From Euryarchaeota archaeon UBA171 (GTDB lineage Archaea; Thermoplasmatota; Poseidoniia; Poseidoniales; Thalassarchaeaceae), in assembly GCA_002497295.1 (NCBI GenBank), contig DANO01000013.1, forward strand, positions 2,672 to 66,671: a stretch of 64,000 nt of DNA, given 5' to 3'. Position numbers and translations under genes: made by a program. Under the pieces are notes generated by a model. That model worked only from the letters and a program-made list of their open reading frames with translations, was not told the DNA's origin and did no database searches. The stretch's first letter is position 1. Every line of letters begins with the position of its first letter. Below are positions 55,293-64,000 of this stretch, piece after piece.

Positions 55293-56570
55293 ATGCTAGA
55301 TATCCAGATCTTCCGCGACAATCCGGCCAGCATCCGTGCTGACTTTTCGAAGAGGGGGATCGATGACGATCTCATTGGCGAGGTGATACGTCTAGACGAG
55401 TCATGGAGGCAGATTCGATACGAAGTCGACCAACTTCGAAAGGAGAAGAATTCGGCAGCCAGAGGGATTGCTTCAGCGAAGAAATCCGGCGACGAAGACG
55501 AGTTCAAGCGTATCATGGACGAGGTATCCAATCTCGGAGAGATGATCGAGAATTTGGAGTCGGATGCAAGGAAGATGATCGAGGAACGCGATGGTATCAG
55601 AATGCGGATCCCCAATATCCTTCATCCTGATGTTCCAGTCGGCGAGGATGATCAGAAGAACGTGGAGATTAGCCGGCATGGGCCGGAGAGAGTTTTCAGT
55701 TTCAACCCCAAGACTCACAATGAAATCATCGAGGAAAATGGATGGGTCGATCTAGCTCGTGGGGCCAAGGTTGCAGGATCGCGCCAATACTTCCTGATTG
55801 GCGACCTAGCTAGGCTCGAAATGGCGCTCCAGCACTATGCGTCTGACTTCCTCATAGACAGGGCATACACACTCGTACAACCGCCGCTTATGATGAATAG
55901 GACTGCATACGAAGGAGTGACTGATCTCTCGGACTTCGAGACGGTCATGTATGGGATAGAACCTGATGGGTACTACCTCATAGCCACGAGCGAGCACCCC
56001 CTCACCGCGATGAGGATGGATGAGATAATCGAGCCCTCTGAGCTTCCCATCCGGATGGTTGGTACCAGCCCCTGTTTCCGGAGAGAGGTTGGGGCGCATG
56101 GGCTTTCAGACAGGGGGATATGGCGAGTTCACCAATTCACCAAAGTCGAGCAGATTGTGATCTGCAGGCCCGAAGATTCCTGGGCCTTGCATGAGGAGTT
56201 GCTCTCCAACGCAAAGGATCTCTGGGATAGCCTGGGACTCCACTACAGAGTTGTTGACATCTGCACGGGAGACATGGGGACAGTTGCCTCAAGGAAGTAT
56301 GATCTGGAAGCATGGCTGCCCGGAGCAGGTGCTTTCAAGGAGGTTGTCTCATGCTCTAATTGCACGGACTACCAGGCGAATCGGCTCAGGATGCGCTACC
56401 GTACGAGCAAGGGGAATGAGGCCGTGCATACGCTCAACTCCACCGCTGTTGCTACAAGCAGGGCCCTGGTGGCGATAATGGAGCAATATCAGACAGAGGA
56501 CGGAGGGGTTGCGATTCCGGAGGCCCTCCAACCGCTCATGGGTAGTCGAACTCACCTCGAACGAATTTGA
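55293..56570 (+). CDS. serS: seryl-tRNA synthetase
   Basis: MLDIQIFRDNPASIRADFSKRG... coiled-coil arm and class-II motifs (FRRE, TSEHP, GSRALVAIMEQ-type C-terminus). ATG 55293 was chosen over 55239. Confidence 0.93.
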   Translation: MLDIQIFRDNPASIRADFSKRGIDDDLIGEVIRLDESWRQIRYEVDQLRKEKNSAARGIASAKKSGDEDEFKRIMDEVSNLGEMIENLESDARKMIEERDGIRMRIPNILHPDVPVGEDDQKNVEISRHGPERVFSFNPKTHNEIIEENGWVDLARGAKVAGSRQYFLIGDLARLEMALQHYASDFLIDRAYTLVQPPLMMNRTAYEGVTDLSDFETVMYGIEPDGYYLIATSEHPLTAMRMDEIIEPSELPIRMVGTSPCFRREVGAHGLSDRGIWRVHQFTKVEQIVICRPEDSWALHEELLSNAKDLWDSLGLHYRVVDICTGDMGTVASRKYDLEAWLPGAGAFKEVVSCSNCTDYQANRLRMRYRTSKGNEAVHTLNSTAVATSRALVAIMEQYQTEDGGVAIPEALQPLMGSRTHLERI

Positions 56571-58167
56571 TATAGCGCTGTTCTTCGTTCTCCTCAAACG
56601 GGTGTTGACCTACATTCACCTGATACGCTATTCCCATCCAAGTTCCATCCGGAGAAGTCACTGTCTCGAAGAAATCGTGTAGGGCGTGCACGTCCCCTTG
56701 GGACTCCTCGTATGCCGTAATCGTGTGTAGGGGTTCGAGATCGGCTATGGTGAACGGCCATGTATCGTTGACTTGAGGGGATTGAACTGCACCGGCGTAC
56801 AGGAACCACTCTTTGCCTTCGATATAACCGTCATCACCACCCCACTGGTCATAATCCAGGCCATAGAATGCAAGGGTGACGACATCCTCCTCCGTGATTG
56901 AGATAAACGGGTACATCGAGATTCCCCGGAATGATTGGACCTCCCACGAATCCGACCAATTGCTCCCATTGTCGTAAGATATGGCAAAGCGCATCCTCCA
57001 AGGATCGGTATCCGATCCGGGGCAATCGGCCCAAGCTACTGCGACTGTCCCTTTCTCGTTATTGTTGACCACGGGATATCCTTCCGGACAGTTCCCACTT
57101 CTAGGACCGACTTCAATGGGATCTTGCCAGGTTCCATCGCCTGGACCTGGGCCTGTTCCCCTGCCGTAGTCCTCAGATATCCGCACATGCACGTATCCGG
57201 AGTCTGTATCGGCGTTCTCCTGTGCGACGAACACATAGGGCCCTGTTCGTTGTGATGAGATTGTAGACCAGCCACCCGGCATCGAGTAGCACTGGCTGAA
57301 TGATGCGCCGCCGTCTTCAGAATGATAGTACCAGTATCTCCCGGAGTCTCCGCTGCACTCCGGGGGAGATGCTCCTGAGTTGCCCAGGTAGTGGATGATT
57401 CCATCCCCCTGGGCAGCCACCCAGGGCCGATCATCGGCAGCCATGGTGTTCATTCTCAGACAGGGCCCATCCTCGTAACTCGTACCGTTATCCGAAAACC
57501 GATGCCACCAGTTATCCTCCAGAGTGGTATCGAGATAGTAGACGACGTCGTATGCATCTACCGATATATCCCCCTCATCGCCCAAGCACTCGGAGGCTCC
57601 TCCTGCGTAGTTGGCAAGTAGCATATTGCCGGGAGTGGGTGCAAACTGATCACCATGATCCCAAGTTGCTCCGCCATCGTTGCTCGCCCAGAACCAGCTG
57701 GCCCAGTAATCCCAGGTGGTGTCTGATCCATCGGTGCAGGCCCACCATGGTCCTGGGTCGTCCGGATCGAGAATGATCGGCACAGGGGAGTCCTCGCCGC
57801 CCCATCTGAGGTCCTTGTGGGCTGTGATGTACATGCTGCCGTCACTGGTGATGGATATCGATGGCTCGTATCCGACGCCGAACCCCTCGTAACCGGGGTC
57901 TTGCCCATTACTTGGGTCTATGCACTCCTCATGCCTCGGCATGAATACGGACTCGCCCCACGAAATCTGGATTGAGGATTCATCGACATCCGGGGATGTT
58001 TCGGTGACGTCGCTGACTATCCAGGAATAGAGGGGGACGGCGAGTAACAGGATTACGATGAACGCGAGTGCGGTATCCAAGATGAGGAACTCGACGATGT
58101 CCTCGAATTTCCTTCTTTTCTTCACGGTGTTCTCGGAGGGCGGACTGTCTTGGATATCCCCCTCCAT
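56536..58167 (-). CDS. membrane-anchored BNR/Asp-box repeat protein (sialidase-like beta-propeller)
   Basis: 543 aa with an N-terminal TM. Asp-box motifs SNDGGATW, SEDGGASF, SYDNGSNW. Confidence 0.7.
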   Translation of the reverse strand: MEGDIQDSPPSENTVKKRRKFEDIVEFLILDTALAFIVILLLAVPLYSWIVSDVTETSPDVDESSIQISWGESVFMPRHEECIDPSNGQDPGYEGFGVGYEPSISITSDGSMYITAHKDLRWGGEDSPVPIILDPDDPGPWWACTDGSDTTWDYWASWFWASNDGGATWDHGDQFAPTPGNMLLANYAGGASECLGDEGDISVDAYDVVYYLDTTLEDNWWHRFSDNGTSYEDGPCLRMNTMAADDRPWVAAQGDGIIHYLGNSGASPPECSGDSGRYWYYHSEDGGASFSQCYSMPGGWSTISSQRTGPYVFVAQENADTDSGYVHVRISEDYGRGTGPGPGDGTWQDPIEVGPRSGNCPEGYPVVNNNEKGTVAVAWADCPGSDTDPWRMRFAISYDNGSNWSDSWEVQSFRGISMYPFISITEEDVVTLAFYGLDYDQWGGDDGYIEGKEWFLYAGAVQSPQVNDTWPFTIADLEPLHTITAYEESQGDVHALHDFFETVTSPDGTWMGIAYQVNVGQHPFEENEEQRYIKFVRGEFDYP

Positions 58168-58238
58168 CGTATCAGCACATGAGGCGCTTCTTCATAGTGC
58201 TGAGCATCGATATCCGGTGATTCGGGTCCGTGGAGCGA

Positions 58239-58475
58239 TTATTGGTTCATGGCAGACGGTTTCCAGAGATTGGGCCAGCGCCTCTTGATGAGTCTGAATA
58301 TGATGCGGCTAAGAATCATCGAGAACAGCAGGAATAAGATCGACGACCACCAAGGGGTCTCGTCATTAGTGGCCAGGAACCACGTGACCCCTAGTATCGC
58401 TGCACCGTAGATGGCCCGAAAGATCGAGAAGATCAGAAAACCTCGAAATAGAGGGTTTGCTAGAATCTTCGACAT
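58239..58475 (-). CDS. hypothetical small membrane protein
   Basis: 78 aa from ATG 58475 (MSKILANPLFRGFLIFSIF...). Two TM segments and a basic C-terminus. Confidence 0.4.
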   Translation of the reverse strand: MSKILANPLFRGFLIFSIFRAIYGAAILGVTWFLATNDETPWWSSILFLLFSMILSRIIFRLIKRRWPNLWKPSAMNQ

Positions 58476-58579
58476 CAAGGACTCGTCATCCACAGTCGAA
58501 TCGAAGGAGGCCAAGTGCATGAGAATGATGGTCGTACCCAATTCGATACGGTGATGTGCATGTTCCACGTGCAATCAAC

Positions 58580-59005
58580 ATGAGTGGCATATCCCCCCCT
58601 GCTTCTTCTCCTGCAGTGAGGAAGACGATGCAGGGCAATCGGAGCCGGGATACGAAGCCAGAGCTGGCTATTCGTCGGATGCTTAGGGATGCGGGCTTCC
58701 CCGGATACAGGGTTCATTGGAGGATCGATGACTCGGATGGACGATACATATGCCGTCCCGACATCTGCTATCCCGGGAGAAAAATTGCGATATTCGTTCA
58801 TGGGTGCTTCTGGCATCGTTGTCCAAGTTGCAACCCCTCTATGCCGAAAACGAATATCGAATATTGGAAATCTAAGTTTGAGCGAAATGTGGAAAGAGAT
58901 AGATCGAAACAGGAAAGATTGGTCAATCTTGGATGGGATGTGCGGACTATCTGGGAATGCGAACTTGAATGTGTAGATGCCGAGAGCGTGATGAACAGGG
59001 ATTGA
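58580..59005 (+). CDS. vsr: very short patch repair endonuclease (T/G mismatch endonuclease)
   Basis: NRSRDTKPELAIRRML, RPDICYPGRKIAIFVHGCFWHRCP, EYWKSKFERNVERD and LGWDVRTIWECE match E. coli Vsr blocks (from memory). Confidence 0.9.
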   Translation: MSGISPPASSPAVRKTMQGNRSRDTKPELAIRRMLRDAGFPGYRVHWRIDDSDGRYICRPDICYPGRKIAIFVHGCFWHRCPSCNPSMPKTNIEYWKSKFERNVERDRSKQERLVNLGWDVRTIWECELECVDAESVMNRD

Positions 59006-59027
59006 GATGGGTGTAGAAGTGATTTTC

Positions 59028-59555
59028 TCAGTCTGGACCTGGTGATTTGGAAGAGTCTTGAGTCGCAATTGAAATCAGAATTTCACCCATATCGACTCTG
59101 TCACCCTCTTTGAAATAGATAGATGATACTTCTCCCGGTTCTGGTGCGGATATCTGGTGCTCCATCTTCATGGCTTCGAGGATCATCATCGGCTGACCCT
59201 CACGCACTCGCTGGCCGGTTTTCACGAGGACCTCTCTTACAGTGCCGGGCATAGGAGCCGTGAGACCACCTTCACCCATGTCCGATGAAGTAGAGTCTTG
59301 GTTCCTCTCTCGAACGATATGTGTCTTTCCTCCAAGCGATATCCACCACGCGTCTCCAACCTTTGTGGCCTCCGCCCGATACACTCTCCCAAGACTCTCG
59401 ATGATGATTGATCCACGTGATTCATCATAGCTTATCGAGAAGTCTTGATTCACCTCGGTATCTTCAGCTTGCAATCTGTCGACGAACAGATTATTCTTCT
59501 CAGAACGTAGTCTCACAGACCAAGTTTTGTCATCTCCATCAATTTTCCAATCCAT
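59028..59555 (-). CDS. biotin carboxyl carrier (biotinyl/lipoyl attachment) protein of an acyl-CoA carboxylase
   Basis: 175 aa. C-terminal LTAPMPGTVREVLV...ILEAMKMEHQISAP with the AMKM biotinylation motif. Confidence 0.85.
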   Translation of the reverse strand: MDWKIDGDDKTWSVRLRSEKNNLFVDRLQAEDTEVNQDFSISYDESRGSIIIESLGRVYRAEATKVGDAWWISLGGKTHIVRERNQDSTSSDMGEGGLTAPMPGTVREVLVKTGQRVREGQPMMILEAMKMEHQISAPEPGEVSSIYFKEGDRVDMGEILISIATQDSSKSPGPD

Positions 59556-59564
59556 TCTATCACC

Positions 59565-61118
59565 TCATGGGAAATTACGAGATAGCGTCCGGAAAGGGTC
59601 TCCGGGATGGCCTGTATGCTGATCAACAATGGATGAGTCTCTTGTGACTGCCGCTCTATGGAGGCCGAGGCGCTCTGCTGCTGAAGCTATCACGGAAAGT
59701 ATGCCCTTGAGCGGCTCCTCGGGACGAGGCGGAGGGTCCATGTCATCAAGGTGGTCGGTCGTGACACCTGGTCCAGAGAAGGAGTCGGAAACCAACATCT
59801 CCCTGCAAAAACCGATATTCGAACGGACACCGTGCAGGATAATTTGTGATAGGGCTTGATCGAGTCTTCTGATCGCTGATGCGCGGTCGGGTGCATGGAC
59901 TATGACCTTGGCGAGCATGGGATCGAATGCAGTGGTCACTTCATCCCCCGTCCGTACGCCCGTGTCGACTCGAATACCTGGCCCATCAGGCGTATCGAAA
60001 CGGGCTATGGGGCCGATGGATGGCAGGAATCCTGTGGATGGGTCCTCAGCATACAGGCGCGCCTCCATGGCATGCCCTGAGATTCCCACTTCGGACTGTT
60101 TTACTGGAAGAGGTAATCCAGCTGCAACTGAGAGCTGCATGTGGACAAGATCGAGGCCCGTGATGAGTTCAGTGACGGGGTGCTCGACCTGGAGTCTCGT
60201 ATTCATCTCCAGGAAGTAGAACTCCCCCTTGTCCGATAAAAGGAACTCGACCGTTCCCGCGCCCTCGTAATCAACCGCTCGGGCTGCTTGCACCGCGGCC
60301 TCTCCCATCAGAGACCTCAGACTAGGGTCCACTGCGGGGGATGGCGCCTCTTCTATCACCTTCTGATGCCTCCTCTGGAGAGAGCAATCTCGCTCATTGA
60401 GGTGGATCACATTCCTATGGCGGTCTGCGAATACTTGGATCTCGATGTGCCTTGCCCTCCTGAGGAGGCGCTCGACATACACGGTTCCATCCCCGAAGGC
60501 TGCAGTTGCCTCTCTCGAGGCCGCATCATACTCTGCCCGGAGGCGCTTGGGCTCCTCGACCATGCGCATGCCCTTGCCTCCTCCCCCTGCACTCGCCTTG
60601 AGGAGGAGCGGGTAGCCCACTTCTGCTGCAGCGGCGGCTAGTTGGGGCAAGGGGTCTTCATCACCAGAGACTTCGATTGACTTACCGGGGATCACGGGTA
60701 CCGAGGCATCGACCATCGCCTCCCTTGCCCTTATCTTGTCCCCCATGGTTCGAATCGCATCAGCAGATGGCCCTATCCAAACCAATCCAGATTGAGTCAC
60801 CCTATCGGCGAATTCTGACCTTTCGGAGAGAAAGCCGTACCCCGGGTGTATCGCATCTGCCCCTGACGCCCTGGCGGCATCCAGGATCGCATCCATCGAC
60901 AGGTATGTGCTCGCAAGGTCCTCTCCCGGCAGTCTGATTTTCTCGTCTGCGAAATTGAGGTGCATGGAATTGGAGTCCAGATCATTGTAAACTGCGACCC
61001 CCCTTAATCCGCATTCACGGACGGCTCGGAGTACGCGGACTGCGATCTCGCCTCTGTTGGCAACGAGTACGGAGCTGAAGGGAGTGGTCGCCTCCATCAT
61101 CCATTCTGGCGTCGCCAT
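59565..61118 (-). CDS. biotin carboxylase (ATP-grasp) subunit of methylcrotonyl-/propionyl-CoA carboxylase
   Basis: 517 aa. VLVANRGEIAVRV, IHPGYGFLSE, LLKASAGGGGKGMR, EMNTRLQVEHPVTE. Confidence 0.93.
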   Translation of the reverse strand: MATPEWMMEATTPFSSVLVANRGEIAVRVLRAVRECGLRGVAVYNDLDSNSMHLNFADEKIRLPGEDLASTYLSMDAILDAARASGADAIHPGYGFLSERSEFADRVTQSGLVWIGPSADAIRTMGDKIRAREAMVDASVPVIPGKSIEVSGDEDPLPQLAAAAAEVGYPLLLKASAGGGGKGMRMVEEPKRLRAEYDAASREATAAFGDGTVYVERLLRRARHIEIQVFADRHRNVIHLNERDCSLQRRHQKVIEEAPSPAVDPSLRSLMGEAAVQAARAVDYEGAGTVEFLLSDKGEFYFLEMNTRLQVEHPVTELITGLDLVHMQLSVAAGLPLPVKQSEVGISGHAMEARLYAEDPSTGFLPSIGPIARFDTPDGPGIRVDTGVRTGDEVTTAFDPMLAKVIVHAPDRASAIRRLDQALSQIILHGVRSNIGFCREMLVSDSFSGPGVTTDHLDDMDPPPRPEEPLKGILSVIASAAERLGLHRAAVTRDSSIVDQHTGHPGDPFRTLSRNFP

Positions 61119-61170
61119 GGTGCCTCCACGTCAGATGCGTTCATTGAATTGTTGCTGATTTTGTCATCGA

Positions 61171-62022
61171 TTACAGGATAATCTCATCGCCCTCTGAGGC
61201 TATCGACCAGCCCATCAGCTCTTCTCTGACATCGATCTGGCTCAATGCCCTGTTGGAGTGATTGAGATGTATGAATCGTATATCCGGGTCGTCTTCTCCC
61301 CTTGGGCCCAGTCTGCTGATCGATTCGAGGATCGGCGGATGGGGTATGGAATTCTGACGTGGCAGGTCATCAGAGCTCCAGAAGGTTCCATCCATGAGAA
61401 TGACATCTGCCTTCATACTGGATATCCATTCTCTGATTGAATCGTATCCGACCTGTTCCAGGGTGTCGGCCCAGTGGTCGTGATCCGGCAGGTGGAGCAG
61501 CGAGCGATTTGGCCCGCGTAGCAGGAAGGCGTGCGTATCGCTCCACTCGTCTCGATGTGGGACATTTATTGGTACTAATGAGAGGTTTTTGGATATCTGT
61601 ATCTCATGCCCTGAGTCGAATTGTTTCTTGATGAATACCCTTTGATCGAGGAGTCCGTTCCACAGCGGTGTTTCGTGGATCAGGTGGAACATGGACTCAC
61701 TGGCGTGGAGCCGTATCCCCCTGGAAGCCATCACCTCCCTGCCGAATAGTCCGAGCCCGTCGACATGACCGAGATGGCCGTGTGTGATCCATACGTCACT
61801 TATCATCCGGGCGCTGCCATCTAGCATCCTGGTCTGTCTGTCTAGATCACGTGTCGCATCGATTAGGTGGAGTTCGTCTCCGTCCCTCACTGCAAGTGAT
61901 GTAGGGGATAGCTGCCGTCCTTCTTCCGAGAATCGTTTGCAGGTGTCACATAGACATCCGGGGTGGGGGACTCCGCCGTCTTGGGCTATGCCGAGAATGG
62001 TTACGACGATTTGCTCAGACAT
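61171..62022 (-). CDS. MBL-fold metallo-hydrolase (PqqB-like)
   Basis: 283 aa. ILGIAQDGGVPHPGCLCDTC resembles the PqqB N-terminus. Metal motif WITHGHLGHVDG. Confidence 0.65.
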   Translation of the reverse strand: MSEQIVVTILGIAQDGGVPHPGCLCDTCKRFSEEGRQLSPTSLAVRDGDELHLIDATRDLDRQTRMLDGSARMISDVWITHGHLGHVDGLGLFGREVMASRGIRLHASESMFHLIHETPLWNGLLDQRVFIKKQFDSGHEIQISKNLSLVPINVPHRDEWSDTHAFLLRGPNRSLLHLPDHDHWADTLEQVGYDSIREWISSMKADVILMDGTFWSSDDLPRQNSIPHPPILESISRLGPRGEDDPDIRFIHLNHSNRALSQIDVREELMGWSIASEGDEIIL

Positions 62023-62057
62023 GCTGCTGCAACTGATCGAGGGTGACTGCCCGTGAT

Positions 62058-62873
62058 CTAGCTCCTCCAGTCCGGATCTCTTTTCTCGAGGAATGCCGAG
62101 AGTCCTTCCTGCCCCTCGGGAGAGCCTCTCATCTCGCTAGTGAGGTCTAGCGTGTAATCACGAATATCCTCGTCGCTACCCGTCCATCTGTCAAATGTAG
62201 AGGTGAGGGACTTGGCCTTCGAAACCGCAATTGGGGCCGTTGTCAGAATGTCATCTGCCACCATCCCCGCCGCATCCTCGAAGTCAGACGTAGAGTCCAC
62301 TATTTCGTCGACGAAGCCGATCCTGAGAGCCTCATTGGCGTCTATTCTTGAAGCACGCATAGAGAGTCGTCGGAAATGAGCGCTTCCGAGACGGCGATAG
62401 ACGTAGGGGCCGATGACGGCAGGCAGGATCCCCAGCTTGGCTTCTGATAGCGCGATCCTGGTTCTTGGTTCCGCAATCACGTGATCCAAGCAAGCTACGA
62501 GACCGGCTCCCCCGCCGAGCGCTACGCCCTGTATGCAGCCAATTGTGAAGCAAGGGTGCGACCAGAGGCCATGGAAGAGTCTGTCGAGCCTTGCCGAATC
62601 CTCGCGATTCTCTGAAGGGGATTTGGAACCGGCGTCCCGCATCATCTGGATGTCTGCTCCTGCGCAGAAGTGCTTCCCCTTCCCGCGGATATGGAGGACT
62701 CTCAAATTGCCGCCTTCGGGGACCGAGTTCGCGCGCGTCCAATCCAGAAGACCGCAAATCTCCGTGATCATTTGGATGCTCAGAGCATTGAAGACATCCA
62801 TTCTTTGAAGTGTTATTGTGGCCTGCTGACCTTTGATTTCAAGCGAGCAAAGTTCTGTTTTCGGTTCCTGCAT
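62058..62873 (-). CDS. enoyl-CoA hydratase/isomerase (methylglutaconyl-CoA hydratase-like)
   Basis: 271 aa. GKGKHFCAGADIQMM oxyanion-hole block, GVALGGGAGLV, and LSEAKLGILP. Confidence 0.88.
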   Translation of the reverse strand: MQEPKTELCSLEIKGQQATITLQRMDVFNALSIQMITEICGLLDWTRANSVPEGGNLRVLHIRGKGKHFCAGADIQMMRDAGSKSPSENREDSARLDRLFHGLWSHPCFTIGCIQGVALGGGAGLVACLDHVIAEPRTRIALSEAKLGILPAVIGPYVYRRLGSAHFRRLSMRASRIDANEALRIGFVDEIVDSTSDFEDAAGMVADDILTTAPIAVSKAKSLTSTFDRWTGSDEDIRDYTLDLTSEMRGSPEGQEGLSAFLEKRDPDWRS

Positions 62874-62877
62874 CCAC

Positions 62878-64000
62878 TCACATCCTGAAAACGCCGTAGC
62901 GCTGATCGGGGAAAGGGGAGTTCAGGCTCGCAGAGATGCAGAGGCCCAGTATATCTCGCGTGTCTCTTGGATCTATGACCCCGTCATCCCAAAGACGCGC
63001 AGTGGAGTAATATGGGCTCCCCTCTGTCTCGTACTTCTCCAGAATCGGCGACCTAAATTCATCTCTCTGCTCTTCACTCATCGGCTCTTCCCCCTGTCTG
63101 GACCTCTGATCTTCCTTCACCGTAGCAAGTACATCAGCAGCTTGAGGTCCTCCCATGACTGATATACGCGCATTGGGCCACATGAAAAGGAATCTTGGAT
63201 CATAGGCACGGCCGCACATCCCATAATTGCCCGCTCCGTGACTGCCTCCGATGATTATCGTAAATTTTGGGACGGGGACGCATGAGACGGCGGTTACCAG
63301 TTTAGCACCGTCTTTGGCTATGCCTCCGGCCTCTGCATCCCTGCCGACCATGAATCCGGATATGTTCTGGAGGAATATGAGAGGAGTGCCCCTCTGGCCG
63401 CACAATTCAACGAAGTGCGCGCCCTTCAGAGAAGAGTCTGAGAACAGAATCCCGTTGTTTGCGACGATACCGACGGGATAACCGTGGATGTGCGCGAACC
63501 CGCAGACAAGAGTGGTCCCATATCTTGGCTTGAACTCGTGGAATCTCGAACCATCGACCATTCTCGCGATGACTTCCCTCACATCGAATGGAGTTCGGTT
63601 GTCTTCGGGAATAATGCCAAGAAGGTCTTCTGCGTCATGGGCAGGGGGTTCGACAGGACGGGTGTCCAGACGCTCTTTTGGCTCTATATTGAGATGTTCC
63701 ACAATATTTCTCACCATGTGAAGGGCCTCGTCCTCATCCTCGGCATAATGGTCAGCGACTCCGGATTCACGGGTGTGTAAATCGGCCCCACCTAGATCCT
63801 CGGAGCTGACTTCCTCGCCAGTAGCAGCTTTGACGAGCGGCGGGCCGGCGAGGAAAATCGTGCCATTTCCCTTCACGATGATCGATTCGTCGCTCATAGC
63901 GGGGATGTATGCTCCTCCGGCAGTGCACGAGCCGAGCACAGCGGCTATCTGGGGTATTCCTTTGCTTGAGAGAATGGCCTGATTGCGGAAAATTCGGCCG
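62878..64000 (-). CDS. acyl-CoA carboxyltransferase beta subunit (methylcrotonyl-/propionyl-CoA carboxylase), 5' end outside the window
   Basis: [46 protein letters not shown], and [11 protein letters not shown]. The reading frame stays open to the window edge. Confidence 0.9.
   Translation of the reverse strand, partial: GRIFRNQAILSSKGIPQIAAVLGSCTAGGAYIPAMSDESIIVKGNGTIFLAGPPLVKAATGEEVSSEDLGGADLHTRESGVADHYAEDEDEALHMVRNIVEHLNIEPKERLDTRPVEPPAHDAEDLLGIIPEDNRTPFDVREVIARMVDGSRFHEFKPRYGTTLVCGFAHIHGYPVGIVANNGILFSDSSLKGAHFVELCGQRGTPLIFLQNISGFMVGRDAEAGGIAKDGAKLVTAVSCVPVPKFTIIIGGSHGAGNYGMCGRAYDPRFLFMWPNARISVMGGPQAADVLATVKEDQRSRQGEEPMSEEQRDEFRSPILEKYETEGSPYYSTARLWDDGVIDPRDTRDILGLCISASLNSPFPDQRYGVFRM

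Noticed and set aside
58475-59068. 197-aa minus-strand ORF
   Set aside because: It runs antisense across the whole vsr gene, which has unambiguous conserved blocks. Only its extreme 3' part meets the small membrane ORF, in another frame.
59565-59567. In-frame TGA between BC and BCCP considered as selenocysteine
   Set aside because: It falls in a non-catalytic linker. A GGTGAT plus ATG restart lies immediately downstream, and I could see no obvious SECIS-like hairpin. A split gene or a sequencing error is more plausible.
1-64000. Search for CRISPR arrays, IS elements, integrases, prophage or toxin-antitoxin pairs
   Set aside because: No transposase, integrase or Cas-like ORFs and no regularly spaced direct repeats were recognised by eye. 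A short or degenerate element could have been missed without computational repeat detection.

Overview
This 64-kb window is a gene-dense stretch of archaeal chromosome, about 65 genes on both strands. I found no rRNA, CRISPR array, transposase or integrase. The host looks like a marine Thermoplasmatota-type euryarchaeon, for example Marine Group II/III; this lineage call is inference only. Archaeal markers include uS2, the L7Ae-S28e-L24e operon, deoxyhypusine synthase, CDC48, Hjc, the chromatin protein MC1, a PGF-CTERM sorting signal, TtuA/Ncs6 and two tRNAs (Ile-GAU, Gly-CCC). Many bacterial-type genes are mixed in: UvrB, Vsr, Lhr, sdhCAB, CcmF, UbiD/UbiA and a methylcrotonyl-CoA carboxylase (leucine catabolism) cluster. 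All family calls come from motif recognition by eye, with no database search. Accessions are quoted from memory and start codons are often uncertain. The items most worth a second look are these: (1) A same-strand string of CDC48, PRC-barrel, DUF4350-like, DUF58 and a polytopic membrane protein, with no MoxR ATPase where one would normally sit. (2) A roughly 1040-aa surface protein combining a 7-blade RCC1-like propeller, about 15 ephrin-receptor-like Cys repeats and a PGF-CTERM signal, in a GC-rich gene. (3) A 59-codon Hc1 (histone H1-like) ORF missing from the ORF track, and an MC1 gene hidden inside a longer listed ORF. (4) An orphan Vsr endonuclease. (5) A divergent RNase-H-like/Hjc nuclease pair. 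(6) A single in-frame TGA separating biotin carboxylase from BCCP. (7) A tail-anchored SAP-domain protein and a membrane protein with an RGG-rich tail. I did not find one system that is clearly novel, so items 1 and 2 are the strongest candidates.
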